Assembly: GCA_000708835.1 (NCBI GenBank)
Contig: DF237701.1
Location: forward strand, 1 to 36,342
DNA from: Klebsormidium nitens
Taxonomy: Eukaryota; Plantae; Klebsormidiophyceae
Length of the DNA stretch: 36,342 nt
Direction of reading: 5' to 3'
Shown here piece after piece: positions 34,401 through 36,342 of this stretch (the first letter of the stretch is position 1; every line of letters begins with the position of its first letter). Under the pieces are notes generated by a model. The model had not been told where the DNA came from, ran no database searches, and saw only the letters and a list, made by a program, of their open reading frames with translations. The translations under genes and the position numbers were made by a program.

Positions 34401-34805
34401 ATTCCGGGACAAGTTAAGGGGCTCGCAGTCCCCTCTCGGAAGTTCCGGGGCAGCTGGGTGGCTAGCCAGTGGTCGTTGGCGGCGTGTCTAAAAGGATCCA
34501 GTAAAGTATATCAAGGGAAATTTTTGGGGGACCCTTGAGAAGCCTTGGGACTTTTCACACCATCTTTACATCGTTACCGTTTTGTTCGAACCGCTGATCT
34601 GCTAAGCGTTGGTCTTTCAACGGTTTGCTGCCATGTGCGGGGGCTCCTCAAGTTCCCTCGGCATCCGCTCATGTGGTTCTCTTCGCTGGCTGCAGGAAAG
34701 AATACGATCCGAGTCCAAGCAGGAGACCGTTTGCAGATCCTGACCCCAGGGGGAGGAGGGTTCGGTGAGCCTCAGGGAGAGGCTGGAAAGCTATTAGAAA
34801 GCTAG
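13441..34805 (+). CDS. OXP1: 5-oxoprolinase (ATP-hydrolysing; fused hydantoinase A and B domains), 34 exons, 1340 aa
   Basis: join(13441-13527,14682-14783,15255-15321,15597-15664,16039-16118,16938-17142,17657-17731,18114-18270,19044-19132,19409-19483,19758-19934,20305-20442,20857-20950,21426-21502,21699-21801,22137-22369,22872-22957,23719-23799,24271-24361,24819-24893,25385-25702,26284-26405,26909-26999,27591-27670,28106-28187,28720-28845,29225-29317,30241-30447,31146-31214,31547-31725,32279-32441,32916-33020,33943-34060,34696-34805) = 4023 nt with all phases matching. Hallmark motifs in order: [150 protein letters not shown]. Confidence 0.97.
15120..15220 (+). repeat. A/G-rich low-complexity tract in OXP1 intron 2
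   Basis: AAAAGATGGAAAAGGAGAAAAACAGAACAAAAGAAAGAAAG..., ending ~35 nt before the exon 3 acceptor. Confidence 0.7.
18420..18490 (+). repeat. Decayed duplicate of the exon 8 / intron 8 donor junction (period 183 bp)
   Basis: GAAGGGCTTCCTTTCAGGTGCA (22 nt) is identical to the real junction at 18270; flanks are degenerate. Confidence 0.9.
22594..22629. repeat. 2 x 18-bp tandem repeat AGTCCGGCAGCGTAATGC (intron 16)
   Basis: Perfect direct repeat. Confidence 0.9.
23531..23595. repeat. ~2.3 x 28-bp tandem repeat ACGGTCT(A/C)GATTGAAGCAGCCATTCTG(G/A) (intron 17)
   Basis: Units at 23531, 23559 and a partial unit at 23587. Confidence 0.9.
25787..25890 (+). repeat. Decayed duplicate of the exon 21 3' end plus donor (period 163-164 bp)
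   Basis: GGGCGTTGCCGAACAGATAGGGGGACTCTTCAGCGGACATCCATCAGCGCGAATATCAAT|GTGAGG versus real GGGCATTGCGGAACAGATGGGGCGGACGTTGCAGCGGACGTCGATCAGCACGAACATCAAG|GTCAGG. Confidence 0.9.
26170..26227. repeat. Direct pair plus inverted copy of the 12-mer GCTGTTCTCCCG (intron 21)
   Basis: Arms at 26170-26181 and 26188-26199; reverse complement CGGGAGAACAGC at 26216-26227. Confidence 0.9.
29900..30170 (+). repeat. Two upstream duplicates of the exon 28 acceptor and exon start (periods 170 and 150 bp)
   Basis: 30091-30153 matches the first 63 nt of exon 28 with 2 mismatches, behind an intact TAG acceptor, then reaches TAA at 30166-30168. An older, internally deleted copy starts at 29921 (CAG|GGGAACGCGGAG...). 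Confidence 0.92.
31276..31298. other. Perfect hairpin TCAGGATCCA-TCT-TGGATCCTGA (intron 29)
   Basis: 10-bp stem with a 3-nt loop. Confidence 0.85.
33140..33942 (+). repeat. Five upstream duplicates of the exon 33 acceptor and exon start (tandem array, 144-163 bp period)
   Basis: Acceptor-equivalent positions at 33170 (CAA, broken), 33314, 33465, 33628, 33784 and the real site 33942. The copy at 33629 translates [20 protein letters not shown] versus real [20 protein letters not shown]. Confidence 0.92.
34061..34455 (+). repeat. ~2.5 degenerate tandem units (153-174 bp) starting at the intron 33 donor
   Basis: Anchors: GAGATAG(C/T)AAGCTC(G/T)TAGTCGCCT at 34084/34237; GGAT(T/C)AAGAAGG(A/C)TGGTTGG(T/C)GAGT at 34181/34347; CGGAAGTTCCGGG at 34263/34437. 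Confidence 0.88.
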
Positions 34806-36049
34806 GCGCAAATGCGGAGACTTGTTGTTTATGAGCAGTCGTGGAAGTTTCATAGATATCTGCTTTGCTGGTCCAAGAAATGAACGTGAGCAAGAACGAC
34901 ACGCCCATCATCCTGGAGCCCAGACGATCTTTGTTGATCATTGTGATTTGCAGAATTGCAAGTAGTATTGAGGGGCGACGTTGTACTCCTCCATTCAATC
35001 GTCAGGTCATCATGGATTACCATACACTCGGCAAGCTAGATCAAGTCCAACATCGCGGTTTGCAAGCACGATTAGGGGGTAGCTTTGTATGTACTCCGCA
35101 ATCAATCGTTAGGGTATATCATGGTTCACGTGACTGCAGAGTCCACAAGCTCGATCGGATCCTGCATGCATCGAAAAGTTGGCAGGCAAAAAGCTGGTCG
35201 ACGCGGAAGTCCTTTGATGGCTGCATCAATTAGTACATGACTTGCTCGTGCCCAACATGTGCCGCCCGCGGCGTCGAGCACAACTATGGCCATAGTTGGC
35301 TTCGAAATTACCGCGGGAAACGCTAGTAGTACTAGCCCAATTTTCGGCGCTGGCACATGGCTCACTTGCATGCAAATCTAACCAAGACTCACTGAACTCA
35401 AGTTGGCCAAGTCATATCACAAATCTCGTTATGCACAAGAAGTACTGTAATTACCATGAGCTAATTAACTTTGAAGTTTCAACATGTTTATTTGACGTGA
35501 TTGATCCAATCTCCTCCGGCCGGCCCGATCCATCCAACTAGCATGCGTGCGTATGCATCATTGCACCATGGTTGTAGGCCCTTAGTACATCTTCATGGCA
35601 TGCCAGCGTCCTTCACAGTTGAACTATATAGGCCAGACGGTTGCGGCACCGATGTGCTGCTGGGCCTATATGGCGATCCTCCCATATATGAGCGCATGAT
35701 CTGAAACCTCTTATAGCCGCCACCGCGTCGCAGCCTGCCCGCGCGACCGGTAATGATGGTCCGACATCGGAACACAATGAAACTTGAAATGCTGTATACT
35801 CGGCGCGGCGACAACGTCTCGGCTTGGGCCGGGCTCACCAATCGATATTTCTGCAATCACAAACCAGATATTTGATCATAGTATGTGGTACGCCCGTGGT
35901 ACGTTGGCGTGCTGGCACGCCAGATGCAGCTGACCTAGTGATATAGCTCCTAGACGTAGCTAGGTCCTACGCCCGTTGCATCATGAATGCTGCCCCAATT
36001 ACAATTAAATAATAACGTACAATAACGATAACCGGCGCACCACTGATGC

Positions 36050-36160
36050 CATAGCTATGCGCGACGCATCCGTCCGACTCGCGCGGCAGCTCCGCGGCCC
36101 GCGGCAGATCTCATGCATCGCGGCCGCGGCCGCCGGGGTCGGGATTTTGAACCGGGCCTG
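36050..36160. other. GC/CpG-rich island, possibly the 5' region of a downstream gene
   Basis: CGCGCGGCAGCTCCGCGGCCCGCGG...CGCGGCCGCGGCCGCCGG. No recognisable coding sequence follows within the window. Confidence 0.45.
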
Positions 36161-36342
36161 GCATGCAAGAGTCGAGACATCGTCGTCCGAGTCTTCGCCA
36201 ACCTAGTTCAGCATGGCAAAACGTGTCTCTCAAATTGGCCTCATGTTCAAAGTACGTACCGAAACCTTCTCATTGTCCCACGAGGTCCGAGTCCTGTCCA
36301 GCTGAAATCTCATGTCAGGTATTATTTCATACCATAGGTCTC

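Noticed and set aside
13528-34695. Introner-like elements (repeated near-identical introns with TIRs/TSDs)
   Set aside because: By eye the introns are not similar to each other and I saw no terminal inverted repeats; the repeats found are local tandem copies. An all-versus-all alignment was not possible.
13441-34805. A bacterial-type hydantoinase/oxoprolinase operon or recent horizontal transfer
   Set aside because: It is a single fused gene with 33 spliceosomal introns, collinear with the recalled plant OXP1 sequence.
1-36342. tRNA, rRNA, snRNA genes or telomeric repeats
   Set aside because: No cloverleaf with a T-loop, conserved rRNA segment or telomere-type tandem motif was recognised. 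A covariance-model scan would be needed to exclude small ncRNAs.

Overview
Eukaryotic, intron-rich genomic DNA. GC3-rich exons, 195-1150 nt introns and plant-like proteins suggest a green alga or early streptophyte such as Klebsormidium (inference only). Most ORFs in the six-frame track are spurious or run-through exon fragments. Three genes can be reconstructed by hand. (1) A 34-exon 5-oxoprolinase (OXP1/OPLAH) on + at 13441-34805, 1340 aa, with all exon phases consistent and three GC-AG introns. (2) A 3-exon DUF2306-type membrane protein on - at 11024-12838, head-to-head with OXP1. (3) A MYND zinc-finger gene on - at 8050-9559 whose finger is out of frame by one base. The first ~5.8 kb is a decaying duplicated region: a 1114-bp direct duplication around a 20-N gap plus an older partial copy. 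The most unusual signal is inside the OXP1 introns. Exon/intron junctions have been tandemly duplicated in at least five introns with periods of 144-183 bp, leaving decoy donors, a near-perfect poison-exon copy and a ladder of AG|GT sites. In addition, 7 of 33 acceptors carry ACGT-core motifs (GCTGACGT.., GCCACGTGTC) just upstream. No prokaryotic-type system, CRISPR array or RNA gene is supported. All homology calls are from recall, not database searches.
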